A DNA stretch of 64,000 bases from a virus: positions 32,001 to 96,000 of IMG/VR virus record IMGVR_UViG_3300027836_000007; one strand, given 5' to 3'. Positions 27,556 to 36,095 of the stretch are shown in pieces. Every line of letters begins with the position of its first letter. Positions within the stretch are counted from its first letter, which is position 1. The notes beneath the pieces were generated by a model, which saw only the letters and a list, made by a program, of their open reading frames with translations, did not search any database and had not been told where the DNA came from. Made by a program: the position numbers and the translations under genes.

Positions 27556-29145
27556 ATGAGTAACGTGAATAAAATAGTGATAGTCGGTGGTGGTAGTGCT
27601 GGTTGGATGAGCGCAGCCACTCTGATTAAACATTTTCCAAATAAAGAAATTTATGTTATAGAAAGCCCCAATGTTCCCACTGTCGGTGTTGGTGAAAGCA
27701 CTATTGGGCAAATAAACGAATGGCTGTACGATCTTGATATCAAGGATGATGACTGGATGAAACAATGTGATGCCAGTTATAAGATGAGCATCAAGTTTAC
27801 TAATTTCTATAAAGAAGATGCGGGTGCCTTTCACTATCCATTTGGTGTTCCAGTAGTTGAAGCCAAATTTTTTCCGTACGGAGTCAATGACTGGTATGTG
27901 AGGAAATCTGTTCATCCTGAGATACCGGTTTCTAATTTTGCGGACACATATTTCCCCGCAATGACATTAATTAATAAAAATAAAATTACCGACAATAAAA
28001 ACAATGAAATACCAGGCTGGAACTTTGATCGAGATGTGGCCTATCATTTTGATGCGGCAAAGTTCGGTGCTTGGCTGAGAGATTCGTATGCTGTTCCTAA
28101 AGGGGTAACACATATACCTGCTGAAGTAACATCTATACAAACAAACAGCGAAGGTGTTGAACATCTTGTATTAGATAATGGCGATAAAGTTACTGCTGAT
28201 TTATTTTTAGACTGCACAGGATTTAAATCTATTATTTTAGATAAGACGATGAAGGTTCCTTTTGAAAGTTATAGTGATTTACTACCCAATAACAGTGCAT
28301 GGGCTACACGTATCCCATTTCAAGATAAAGAAAAAGAATTAGAACCGTTTACTAACTGTACTGCTATAGGTAATGGTTGGGTTTGGAATATTCCGCTATG
28401 GAGTCGAATTGGAACTGGATATGTTTACAGTGACGAATATATTTCAGACCAAGATGCATTAGAAGAATTTAAAGAATATTTACAAAAAGAAAGAGAAGTG
28501 CCAATTCCAAAATCTGTCATTGACTCTTTAGAATTTAAAAATATTAAAATGCGTGTAGGAATACACAAAGAAATTTATCACAAAAATGTCTGTGGTATTG
28601 GGTTAGCTGCAGGGTTCATTGAACCATTAGAATCTAATGGTTTGTATACTGTTCACGAATTTTTATTAAAATTAGTTGCAATACTTAATAGAAATTCTGT
28701 AAGTCAATTTGATAAAACTGCCTTTAATGAAGGATGTAGAGGAGATTTTAGAGCTTTTGCTGAATTCGTAGCCTTACACTATGCTATGAGTCACAGGGAC
28801 CAAACTCCTTATTGGCAGGCTGTGCAACATCGTGTATTTCCAAAAACTATGCCGTTGGGCGTATATGCTACATCTGGAATTGACAGTATAATACATAGAA
28901 AGTTTGTAAGCCATTTATATGATATGGACATGGGCGGCACGTTGATGATAGCAACTGGCATGAACTTGTTTCCGTTTGACAGTAGTCTACTAAAAAGAAC
29001 GCTGTTTAGAAATTCTAATGCAGAATATCTGACCTACTTACAAGATGTTTGTTGGCATAAATGGGATGCTGACTTAGATCAAAGAAATGAATTTGCTGAT
29101 TCTGCTCCAACACTATATCAATATTTAAAAAGCAAATATGATTAA
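27556..29145 (+). CDS. Flavin-dependent tryptophan-halogenase-family protein 3 (canonical motifs)
   Basis: GGGSAGW, GVGEST, ASYKMSI, AYHFDA, DCTGF, WVWNIP, RIGTGYVYS, FIEPLESNG. AGGAG RBS. Confidence 0.95.
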   Translation: MSNVNKIVIVGGGSAGWMSAATLIKHFPNKEIYVIESPNVPTVGVGESTIGQINEWLYDLDIKDDDWMKQCDASYKMSIKFTNFYKEDAGAFHYPFGVPVVEAKFFPYGVNDWYVRKSVHPEIPVSNFADTYFPAMTLINKNKITDNKNNEIPGWNFDRDVAYHFDAAKFGAWLRDSYAVPKGVTHIPAEVTSIQTNSEGVEHLVLDNGDKVTADLFLDCTGFKSIILDKTMKVPFESYSDLLPNNSAWATRIPFQDKEKELEPFTNCTAIGNGWVWNIPLWSRIGTGYVYSDEYISDQDALEEFKEYLQKEREVPIPKSVIDSLEFKNIKMRVGIHKEIYHKNVCGIGLAAGFIEPLESNGLYTVHEFLLKLVAILNRNSVSQFDKTAFNEGCRGDFRAFAEFVALHYAMSHRDQTPYWQAVQHRVFPKTMPLGVYATSGIDSIIHRKFVSHLYDMDMGGTLMIATGMNLFPFDSSLLKRTLFRNSNAEYLTYLQDVCWHKWDADLDQRNEFADSAPTLYQYLKSKYD

Positions 29146-29899
29146 CTTTATTAAAGAGCTGTTTTCTAAAAAGAAAGAAATTATTACTTTTAGTTGCAAG
29201 GACTGGGCTATACGAAAATATTCACCGGTTGAATTAGGGGAGCAAAAATTACCTCAGGAATATTTAGATTTACCTGTGGGGAAAATTTGCCCGTTTGAAA
29301 GAAAAAATCAAAGTTATCAACTTTCAGCAAGACAATGTCCGTCGATTAATTCTTTTTTAAAGTATGGATATGTTATCTCTGCTTGGTGCGATATAGAAAT
29401 TAGTTTTGAAGACGATCATGTGTACATCAAATATAGTAATTTAGATTATAATCACGATGTACACACAGAAAATCAATATCAAAAAATTATAGGTGATCAA
29501 TTTGATGTTAGACTAATTATAAAAATAAACAACCCGTGGCATATAAAAACCTTAGATGGATATAGTTGTTTCTGGATGCCAATTTACTATACAAATAAGA
29601 ATTATCAAGCTATTCCTGCTATAGTGGATACTGATTTGATGTTAAATGACTTACCAATTAATCTAGCATTTTTTGAAAAAAAATATACTTTGATAAAAAT
29701 GGGAGAACCCTTAGTTAAAGTTATTCCTTTTCGTCGAGAGCCAATTGACGCTGTAAGCAAAAAATACGACTCTGCTGATGAAAATAGATTTTTAAATATC
29801 CTGGGATTAAATGGACTTAGTAGATATAATTGGCGAGGGTTTATTACTGCAAAAAATAAGTTTAGTTTGGATAAAAAAGACTTAGACATTGAATCATGA
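29138..29899 (+). CDS. Hypothetical protein with CP...G.P motifs (DUF6065-like)
   Basis: QCPSI..F...GY...W.D, KI.NPW.I.T..GYS, IVDTD, GEPL...IPFRRE. Confidence 0.55.
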   Translation: MINFIKELFSKKKEIITFSCKDWAIRKYSPVELGEQKLPQEYLDLPVGKICPFERKNQSYQLSARQCPSINSFLKYGYVISAWCDIEISFEDDHVYIKYSNLDYNHDVHTENQYQKIIGDQFDVRLIIKINNPWHIKTLDGYSCFWMPIYYTNKNYQAIPAIVDTDLMLNDLPINLAFFEKKYTLIKMGEPLVKVIPFRREPIDAVSKKYDSADENRFLNILGLNGLSRYNWRGFITAKNKFSLDKKDLDIES

Positions 29900-30483
29900 T
29901 CAACTTGGAACCTATCAATCTTTGGCCTAGTTTAATACATAAATCTGTTTACCCTGGAGATTTGACAAATATTTCTAGTAAATTTTTGACACTCTTTAAT
30001 GAAAATTCAAATCATAATTTAGAAAAAAACGGTGGCAAGTCTACATACAGTACTGTAAACAACCTAATTACCGACCCAGTGTGCGGCAAACTAAAAGAAT
30101 GGTTAATTCAACAAAGTAAACTAGTTTGGGATTTATCTAATTTTGTTGATCGTCCAAGACGTGTGCATAGAAGTTGGGTAAACTTACATCCTCCAGGGGC
30201 ATGGACTGATGAACACGACCATGCAATGTGTCATCAAAACATTGTTGTTTATTTAAAACAACCTGAATTAGGTGGTAACATAATGTTTAAAGATCCTCTA
30301 CAATACACATTTTCTGGATTTCCAAAAAATAATAAAAATGACTGGACAACATTGGAAGTTAAACAGAACGATGTAGTTTTTTTTCCTGGATTTTTACATC
30401 ATAAAACAGAAATTAACTCTAGTCAAGAAGATAGAATGGTTATGACTCTAACTATATCCGTGGATATATTTGCTGATGAATAA
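29896..30483 (+). CDS. Fe(II)/2OG oxygenase, TIGR02466-like (HxH type)
   Basis: SWVN, HDH, GGNI.FKDP, FFPG.L.H.T..N, R.V. Confidence 0.85.
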   Translation: MINLEPINLWPSLIHKSVYPGDLTNISSKFLTLFNENSNHNLEKNGGKSTYSTVNNLITDPVCGKLKEWLIQQSKLVWDLSNFVDRPRRVHRSWVNLHPPGAWTDEHDHAMCHQNIVVYLKQPELGGNIMFKDPLQYTFSGFPKNNKNDWTTLEVKQNDVVFFPGFLHHKTEINSSQEDRMVMTLTISVDIFADE

Positions 30484-31066
30484 TTATAGAAACGTAACAT
30501 TATTAGGAAAAATTCCACTACTCACTAGTCAGTGGTCAGAATTCGATAACTATAAAAAAGACATCGTTGATCTTTGTTTAAAACTTGAAGTTCCTAATAC
30601 GATAGAATCTAATATAGCAGTTCATGCGAAATCAGATTTGTGGGAATCGTCTTTCGATTTTTTAGAAAAACAAACAGATATTAATAATTTAAAATTATGG
30701 CTGATACAGGAATCTACTGAATTAATCAATAATTTTAACAATAGTAATTACAGAACAGTTATAACAGAAAGTTGGGCACATGTTACTAGGGCAAGTGGAT
30801 ATCATAAACCTCATTATCACTGTGGCTCAACTTGGTCCGGCATTTTTTATGTTGCTGGTGAAACTAATAAAGGAGGAAGTAATAATTGGTACTTGCCTTA
30901 TTACGTAGAAAGACAGCCTGGGTTAGAATTTGCAGATAGTATGTACACTGTTAATTGCCAGCCCGGAACATTAGTGTTATTTCCCAGTATGCTACTTCAT
31001 GATGCTGATGTGTATCAAGGAACCCAACCGAGGATAGTTATTTCTTTTAATTCCATATGCTTATAA
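30470..31066 (+). CDS. Fe(II)/2OG oxygenase, TIGR02466-like (HxH type)
   Basis: ESW.HVT...GYH..HYH..STWSGIFY, PG.LVLFPS.L.H....Y.G...RIVISFN. Confidence 0.88.
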   Translation: MLMNNYRNVTLLGKIPLLTSQWSEFDNYKKDIVDLCLKLEVPNTIESNIAVHAKSDLWESSFDFLEKQTDINNLKLWLIQESTELINNFNNSNYRTVITESWAHVTRASGYHKPHYHCGSTWSGIFYVAGETNKGGSNNWYLPYYVERQPGLEFADSMYTVNCQPGTLVLFPSMLLHDADVYQGTQPRIVISFNSICL

Positions 31067-31653
31067 TAGACGACGTTATTGTGTTAGACGATATTGTTCC
31101 TAAACAATATCAAGATTTGATAGAAACTCAAATGTTAGGTGACAATATACATTGGCACTACATGAGAGACATAACCTTTGATGTTGAAAAACTCAATGAG
31201 TTAAAGGTTACTGTTGCTAAACCTGCATTTGCTCACAAATTTTACGACAGGACTGCTGGGATTATTAGCCCTGGATATGGATTAGTATTGCCCATTGTGT
31301 ACAATGCTTGCGAAAAAATTAAGTTTCATGTAAACGAAGTTATTGCCGCAAGGAGTTTTTTAACTATTCCCCTTCCAAATCTAGAAAGCGCCCTAGATCA
31401 TCCGCATGTTGATAGAGAAGTTTCTCACATAGTAGTTCTATATTATGTTACAGATTCTGACGGAGATACTGTGATATATGACAAAACTTTTAGAGATGTC
31501 TCTCCTGATCATCTTAGAAAAGAAGATTTACAAATTTTTAAAAGTGTTACGCCTAAAAAGGGAAGAGCCATCGTATTTGATGGCTCTCGATATCACACTA
31601 GCACTAGGCCAACTACTGGACACAGATGTGTAGTTAACTTTGGTGTATGGTAA
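31057..31653 (+). CDS. Fe(II)/2OG oxygenase (cyanophage-type HxD family)
   Basis: PHVD, LYYV.DSDGDT, PKKGR...FDG..YHTS..P, R.VVNF. Confidence 0.88.
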   Translation: MLIIDDVIVLDDIVPKQYQDLIETQMLGDNIHWHYMRDITFDVEKLNELKVTVAKPAFAHKFYDRTAGIISPGYGLVLPIVYNACEKIKFHVNEVIAARSFLTIPLPNLESALDHPHVDREVSHIVVLYYVTDSDGDTVIYDKTFRDVSPDHLRKEDLQIFKSVTPKKGRAIVFDGSRYHTSTRPTTGHRCVVNFGVW

Positions 31654-32049
31654 TTATGTTGGTGGAAGGTAATTTCCTGGATCGCCTTCTGCACCTGGCT
31701 TAGGCACCGCACTTTTAACTGTTTCAATCGACTTAAACCATTGGCCAGTAGGCGATATAGTTCCTGTATCGCGAATCTCTTTAAACAACATATCTAATTG
31801 ATCTCCCATTGGAGGATACGCTCTCATTCGTTGCATATAAAATGGCTCAACTGGATTTCCAAATTCGTCTCTAGAATGGGAGTGTGGGTCAGAAAATTCG
31901 CCAGTTTCCTCACTATATCCCCAGCCAGTTTCACAGTTATCAGGGCAATCAACCCAGAAGAAATCTGTAGTTGTTTCAAAATCAGTTTCATCTGGTCCTA
32001 GTATCTGAGTTACTTGCCAAAATCTTTTATCAATTAATGCTCTTTTCAT
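31654..32049 (-). CDS. Probable tail fibre-associated/assembly protein
   Basis: Likely start MKRALID at 32049 (AGGA upstream; the track start overlaps the fibre gene). WVDCPD..GW.Y motif and R..AYP.MGDQLDMLF...W...I..VK...PKP motif, directly after the fibre genes. Confidence 0.6.
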   Translation of the reverse strand: MKRALIDKRFWQVTQILGPDETDFETTTDFFWVDCPDNCETGWGYSEETGEFSDPHSHSRDEFGNPVEPFYMQRMRAYPPMGDQLDMLFKEIRDTGTISPTGQWFKSIETVKSAVPKPGAEGDPGNYLPPT

Positions 32050-32065
32050 GTTCCTAATTCCTATT

Positions 32066-33013
32066 TTATTTATACTCGTAGACGATACAAATTCCGCCCT
32101 TGCCATTTCTGCCGCCTTGGCTGTTGTGTGCCGGGTTAGTTGCTGTGCCGCCTGATCCAAAGGCTGCTACATCTTGCGGCTGCTGACCTCCATGTCCACT
32201 AGGTTGGCCGCCTCCAAAGAAACTTATTCCGCCATGTCCTGGAGCACCGTTACCGTTATACTGATCTTGATTATTATGGCCACCACCTCCACCACCCCAT
32301 ACATTTAGTTGCCCAGAAGATCCAAGGCCACCCAGGCCACCGTTATGTTGTATGTGAGCATTGGCGCCACCACCACCGGTAGCCGCTACAAATGCACCAA
32401 AACTAGTAGTGCCTCCGCCTGGGCTAAATCCAAAGTATACTCCGCCAGCGCCACCACCACCAACAGTAACCGTAACTGTAGTAATAGCTGTAGCATCTAT
32501 TACTCTTTCAGCATAACCGCCTGCGCCACCTGATTCAGCATACGCACGGCCGCCTCCTCCTCCTCCGCATACAATCACATGTAGTAATCTTACATCAGGA
32601 CCAGATTTAGTATAAGTACCAGGGCCTGTAAAAGTATAGACATTTTTTATTTTTTCGCCAGCTTTCAAAATGTTTTCTCGAGCTGCATAATTGGTCATTA
32701 ATGTACCGTTGGCGGCTGTACTTTCAGGATCATCTGTTACATTTGAAATAGTTGTTCCGTTGACAACAATTGCTGTTCCCGTTGCTGCCAAAGGCGTTAC
32801 GGTACCTACAGACGTTACACTCATAGAACCGCCACTTATAGCAACGTTGTTTGAAGCCTGTTTTCCTAGTGTATCAATCACTTTGGTAACAACTGCTGAG
32901 GCATTTCCTTGAAACGCTTTACCGTCTTGTACATTAATTGCAAATTCTCCTGCTATTAAAGAACCAGGTACTTGCGTTGTTGTGTTAGAATTTTTAAATT
33001 TATATTTTGGCAT
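32066..33013 (-). CDS. Gly-rich short tail fibre/adhesin, paralogue C
   Basis: N-terminal K..S.T..VP..L..GE.AIN..D.K motif like the T4 gp37 N-terminus. C-terminal polyglycine domain ending G.CIVYEY. Confidence 0.75.
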   Translation of the reverse strand: MPKYKFKNSNTTTQVPGSLIAGEFAINVQDGKAFQGNASAVVTKVIDTLGKQASNNVAISGGSMSVTSVGTVTPLAATGTAIVVNGTTISNVTDDPESTAANGTLMTNYAARENILKAGEKIKNVYTFTGPGTYTKSGPDVRLLHVIVCGGGGGGRAYAESGGAGGYAERVIDATAITTVTVTVGGGGAGGVYFGFSPGGGTTSFGAFVAATGGGGANAHIQHNGGLGGLGSSGQLNVWGGGGGGHNNQDQYNGNGAPGHGGISFFGGGQPSGHGGQQPQDVAAFGSGGTATNPAHNSQGGRNGKGGICIVYEYK

Positions 33014-33019
33014 AATTTT

Positions 33020-34525
33020 TTACCTTAGTTCATATACAATACAGATACCACCACGACCAACACTGCCTTCGCCACCTGACCCGCCGACTGATCCAGTACC
33101 GCCTGCGCCCGGTGCGCCATGGTCTGCTGGTCGAGAAGCACTATGATGACTATTTCTAGATCCTCCAAAGAAGCTGGAGCCTCCGCGACCCACAGCTGAA
33201 TTACTAGGATTGTTTACACCATTATTGTGACCCATGCCGCCGCCGCCGTATGCATTTACATCGCCGTTTGAGCCGATACCGCCATGCCCTCCTATGTGAC
33301 TACCGTGCTGGTTAGCACCATAACCGCCGCTAGCACTTAGATACGAGCCAAAACTAGTAGTGCCTCCATTGGCGCTAACTCCAAAATAGTTGCCACCGGC
33401 ACCGCCGGTGCTTGAAACTGTCACAGTAATTGTTGAAATGCTGGCCGCGTCAAATGTTCTCTCAGCATAACCTCCAGAGCCGCCACTTTCTCCATAGCCG
33501 CGGCCACCGCCGCCGGCGCCAACACAGATAACTCTAATTCTTCTAACATCGGTGCCTGATTTGGTATAAGTAGAACTTGCGGTATATGTAAAAACATTCT
33601 TTACTAATCCTCGGGTGTTACTATCAATATATGTTTTTATTGCATTTTGTGTTGCAATGGTACTGGAAGAGGCATCAAGAGCTGTAGAAGTTGATACACT
33701 GGTAAATGCTTTATTGCCGCCTCTAATCCACAGTCTTACATGAGAAAGATATACTGCTTCGTCCGCTGGGGCTTGTTCTACGTTGGAAAGATGTCTAGCT
33801 GAAAATGTTGATGGAGTATGTGCATACCATCCGGTATCAATAATAAAATACCCATTGCCGCCAAGACCTTCTGGAGCACGACCTACGCCGCCCCATGGCG
33901 CTGTTGAATACCATCTATTTCCGTGCCAATTTAAAGTTGTTCCTGAAGCAGTTGTAGCTATTACTGGATAGCTTGACGCACTTTTAGTAAAAGTAGTTCT
34001 CGAAACTTCTGCGCCACCGTTGTCTGTAGTGAATAACTGGTTAGTTTCGCCGTCAACGCTGTCTACTAAATGCCAAAATACTTGATATCGTACTTCAGTG
34101 TGCGCGGGGATTCCTGTTAGGTTCAATGTGTAACTTCTAGGCCCTGCGGTCCAGCCGTGAGCACTAATGTTGCCCAAGCCGCCAAATTCAGTCATAGTAG
34201 TTGTGGTTGCATCGTTCCATACTGCTGTATTTCCTGCGGCATTGCCACCTTCATCATACCAAATTCTTTCTGCCGGTAATCCTAAAGATGTAAGATTCGC
34301 ATTTGTTGTAGAAACTGTTGTTGCATCAATTGTTCCGCCAGTGATTGTTATAGCATTTGAATCTTGTCTTCCTAATGAATCACCAATTAATACCGGATTA
34401 AGTGAGGCATTTCCCATCCAAAGTTTAGAATCTGCAAGGTTTACAGCAAGTTCGCCTTGCTCTAAACTTCCAGCTGCCGGAACCGCCGAAGCAGTGGTTG
34501 ATGTTTTAATTTTTATTTTAGGCAT
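33020..34525 (-). CDS. Gly-rich tail fibre/adhesin, paralogue B (with extra central domain)
   Basis: Same N-terminal GELAVNLADSKL motif and C-terminal Gly-rich domain, with a Trp/His-rich insert of roughly 180 aa. Confidence 0.75.
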   Translation of the reverse strand: MPKIKIKTSTTASAVPAAGSLEQGELAVNLADSKLWMGNASLNPVLIGDSLGRQDSNAITITGGTIDATTVSTTNANLTSLGLPAERIWYDEGGNAAGNTAVWNDATTTTMTEFGGLGNISAHGWTAGPRSYTLNLTGIPAHTEVRYQVFWHLVDSVDGETNQLFTTDNGGAEVSRTTFTKSASSYPVIATTASGTTLNWHGNRWYSTAPWGGVGRAPEGLGGNGYFIIDTGWYAHTPSTFSARHLSNVEQAPADEAVYLSHVRLWIRGGNKAFTSVSTSTALDASSSTIATQNAIKTYIDSNTRGLVKNVFTYTASSTYTKSGTDVRRIRVICVGAGGGGRGYGESGGSGGYAERTFDAASISTITVTVSSTGGAGGNYFGVSANGGTTSFGSYLSASGGYGANQHGSHIGGHGGIGSNGDVNAYGGGGMGHNNGVNNPSNSAVGRGGSSFFGGSRNSHHSASRPADHGAPGAGGTGSVGGSGGEGSVGRGGICIVYELR

Positions 34526-35061
34526 AATATTTTATTTGTACTCGTAAACTACGCAAACGCCGCCTTGACCATCAAATCCTCTGTCATAGTTGTTGGCGCC
34601 GTTATTATAAAAATTTGATCCTGTGCCGCCTGCGCCAAACGCACTGTTATCCTGCGATCTAGCAGTGTAGTGTACTCCTGGAGTAGACCCACCAAAGAAA
34701 CTGTTTCCGCCATGCCCTGGATTGTGATGACTTGATGTGTGGCAGTTAATGTGGCCACGGCCGCCGCCGCCGTGAAAGTTCAAATTACCGCCTGAGCCTA
34801 TGCCGCCTTGGCCGCCGGTGTGGTCTTGATTGTTATTTGCGCCGGCACCGCCACTTGCTGAACAAAATCCGCCAAAACTAGTAGTCCCGCCGCTAGGGCT
34901 ATAACCATAATACACGCCACCGCCGCCACCGGTGCTTGAAACTGTCACAGTAACAGTAGTTATACTAGTGGCGTCTATCCATCTTTCTGTAAAGCCGCCG
35001 GCGCCGCCGCTTTCTCCATAGCCGCGGCCACCGCCGCCGGCGCCAACACAGATAACTCTAA
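33486..35061. repeat. Identical blocks shared by fibre paralogues: 52 bp (33486-33537 = 35010-35061) and 25 bp (33405-33429 = 34929-34953)
   Basis: ctttctccatagccgcggccaccgccgccggcgccaacacagataactctaa and ccggtgcttgaaactgtcacagtaa each occur twice, with the same 1524-bp offset. Confidence 0.9.
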
Positions 35062-35494
35062 GTTGTCTTACATCAGTGCCTGATTTAGTATAAGTGTTAC
35101 TGCTGGTATATGTAAAAATATTCTTTAAAGATCCTCTTCCTAAATTAACATTTCCCTGCACAGCAAGTCTTGTTGGTAATGTAGTATTGCTAGAACCTAA
35201 TCCGTCGGCGTTTGCAACAGCATTGATTGTGGCTCCACTGTTTAGTTGCAAGTTAGTTGTAGAAATCTGTGCAGGCACTGTTGCCCCAATACTAGTACCA
35301 TTAATTGTTCCGCCAGTAATTGCCACAGAATTAGCAGCATTCCTTGCCGCAGTTCCAACTATTTTTACAACGCCGCCCGCAGTTCCAACAAACATATTAC
35401 CATCGCCGGTGTTCATAGCAAGCTCGCCTACGTCTAAGCTGGCAGGTACTGCTCCTGGTGTAGTACTACTTTTTAGTTTAATTCTTAATGGCAT
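34532..35494 (-). CDS. Gly-rich short tail fibre/adhesin, paralogue A
   Basis: IKLKSS.TPGAVP.SL.VGELAMN..DG motif and the same Gly-rich C-terminal domain. Confidence 0.75.
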   Translation of the reverse strand: MPLRIKLKSSTTPGAVPASLDVGELAMNTGDGNMFVGTAGGVVKIVGTAARNAANSVAITGGTINGTSIGATVPAQISTTNLQLNSGATINAVANADGLGSSNTTLPTRLAVQGNVNLGRGSLKNIFTYTSSNTYTKSGTDVRQLRVICVGAGGGGRGYGESGGAGGFTERWIDATSITTVTVTVSSTGGGGGVYYGYSPSGGTTSFGGFCSASGGAGANNNQDHTGGQGGIGSGGNLNFHGGGGRGHINCHTSSHHNPGHGGNSFFGGSTPGVHYTARSQDNSAFGAGGTGSNFYNNGANNYDRGFDGQGGVCVVYEYK

Positions 35495-36072
35495 TAAAAC
35501 GTGCCCCCGTCAATAGTGCCGTTTCCTGTCAATGTAGTATTTAGAGTAACTGTATTGAATGTTGCATCGGCTGCGTTTGTTGCTCCAATGTTAACTCTGT
35601 TCATAGTGCCTGCTACCGCAGGATTTATTGTAACAGTTCCCGTTCCAGTTGGACTAATAATAACGTTGCCGCTAGCTGGGTTAATATTAACTGCCGCGGC
35701 GCTTGGGCTTAATGTAATTGCTCCAGTAGCACTAAATGTTGTTGCTAAAACTGGGCCGCCTTCGTTGTTAACAATAACATAATTTGTACCGTCTGATGTT
35801 AAGGTATAGGTTGCATTAGCTGGTATTGTTTGCGATGAAGCCGCAGTAAAACCTGCACCTAAAATGTTTCCTGAAGGTGTTGTTAACGTAACAACGCCGC
35901 CTGTATTATTAAAAAAGCTCTGTGTAATACCAGAAAACTGCATGGGCGAAGCCAAAGTTACTGTGTATGGCGGGGTGCCGGTTAGTGTTGTTAATAGGCC
36001 CTGTGCAGGCGTACTAAACGAAGCTGCACCGCTACTTGTTGCTGCCGTATTAATAGTATTATAACGTGCCAT
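35494..36072 (-). CDS. Thr/Gly-rich structural protein (tail fibre module)
   Basis: Beta-rich, L.SDGTNY motif, IDGGTF terminus. Overlaps the start of the fibre gene. Confidence 0.6.
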   Translation of the reverse strand: MARYNTINTAATSSGAASFSTPAQGLLTTLTGTPPYTVTLASPMQFSGITQSFFNNTGGVVTLTTPSGNILGAGFTAASSQTIPANATYTLTSDGTNYVIVNNEGGPVLATTFSATGAITLSPSAAAVNINPASGNVIISPTGTGTVTINPAVAGTMNRVNIGATNAADATFNTVTLNTTLTGNGTIDGGTF

Positions 36073-36095
36073 GTTTTATCTCTCTATAGTTTTAA

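Noticed and set aside
18773-31653. Cassette as a bacterial secondary-metabolite cluster or host contamination
   Set aside because: It is translationally coupled to phage gp15/Nudix, abuts the fibre genes, and has no NRPS/PKS, regulator, transporter or mobility genes. A small-molecule product cannot be fully excluded.
18773-31653. Cassette as a DNA hypermodification (TET/JBP-like) locus
   Set aside because: No methyltransferase, glycosyltransferase, thymidylate synthase homologue or recognisable TET/JBP motif is nearby, and the context is structural. Not excluded for individual genes.
32067-32074. Perfect T4 late box TATAAATA on the minus strand
   Set aside because: It coincides with the Tyr-Lys-stop codons of the fibre gene, so it may be incidental. 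Not listed as a feature.
33405-35061. Possible diversity-generating retroelement template/variable repeat pair
   Set aside because: Both copies lie inside coding paralogues, the matching blocks are identical rather than differing at adenines, and no reverse transcriptase is in the window.
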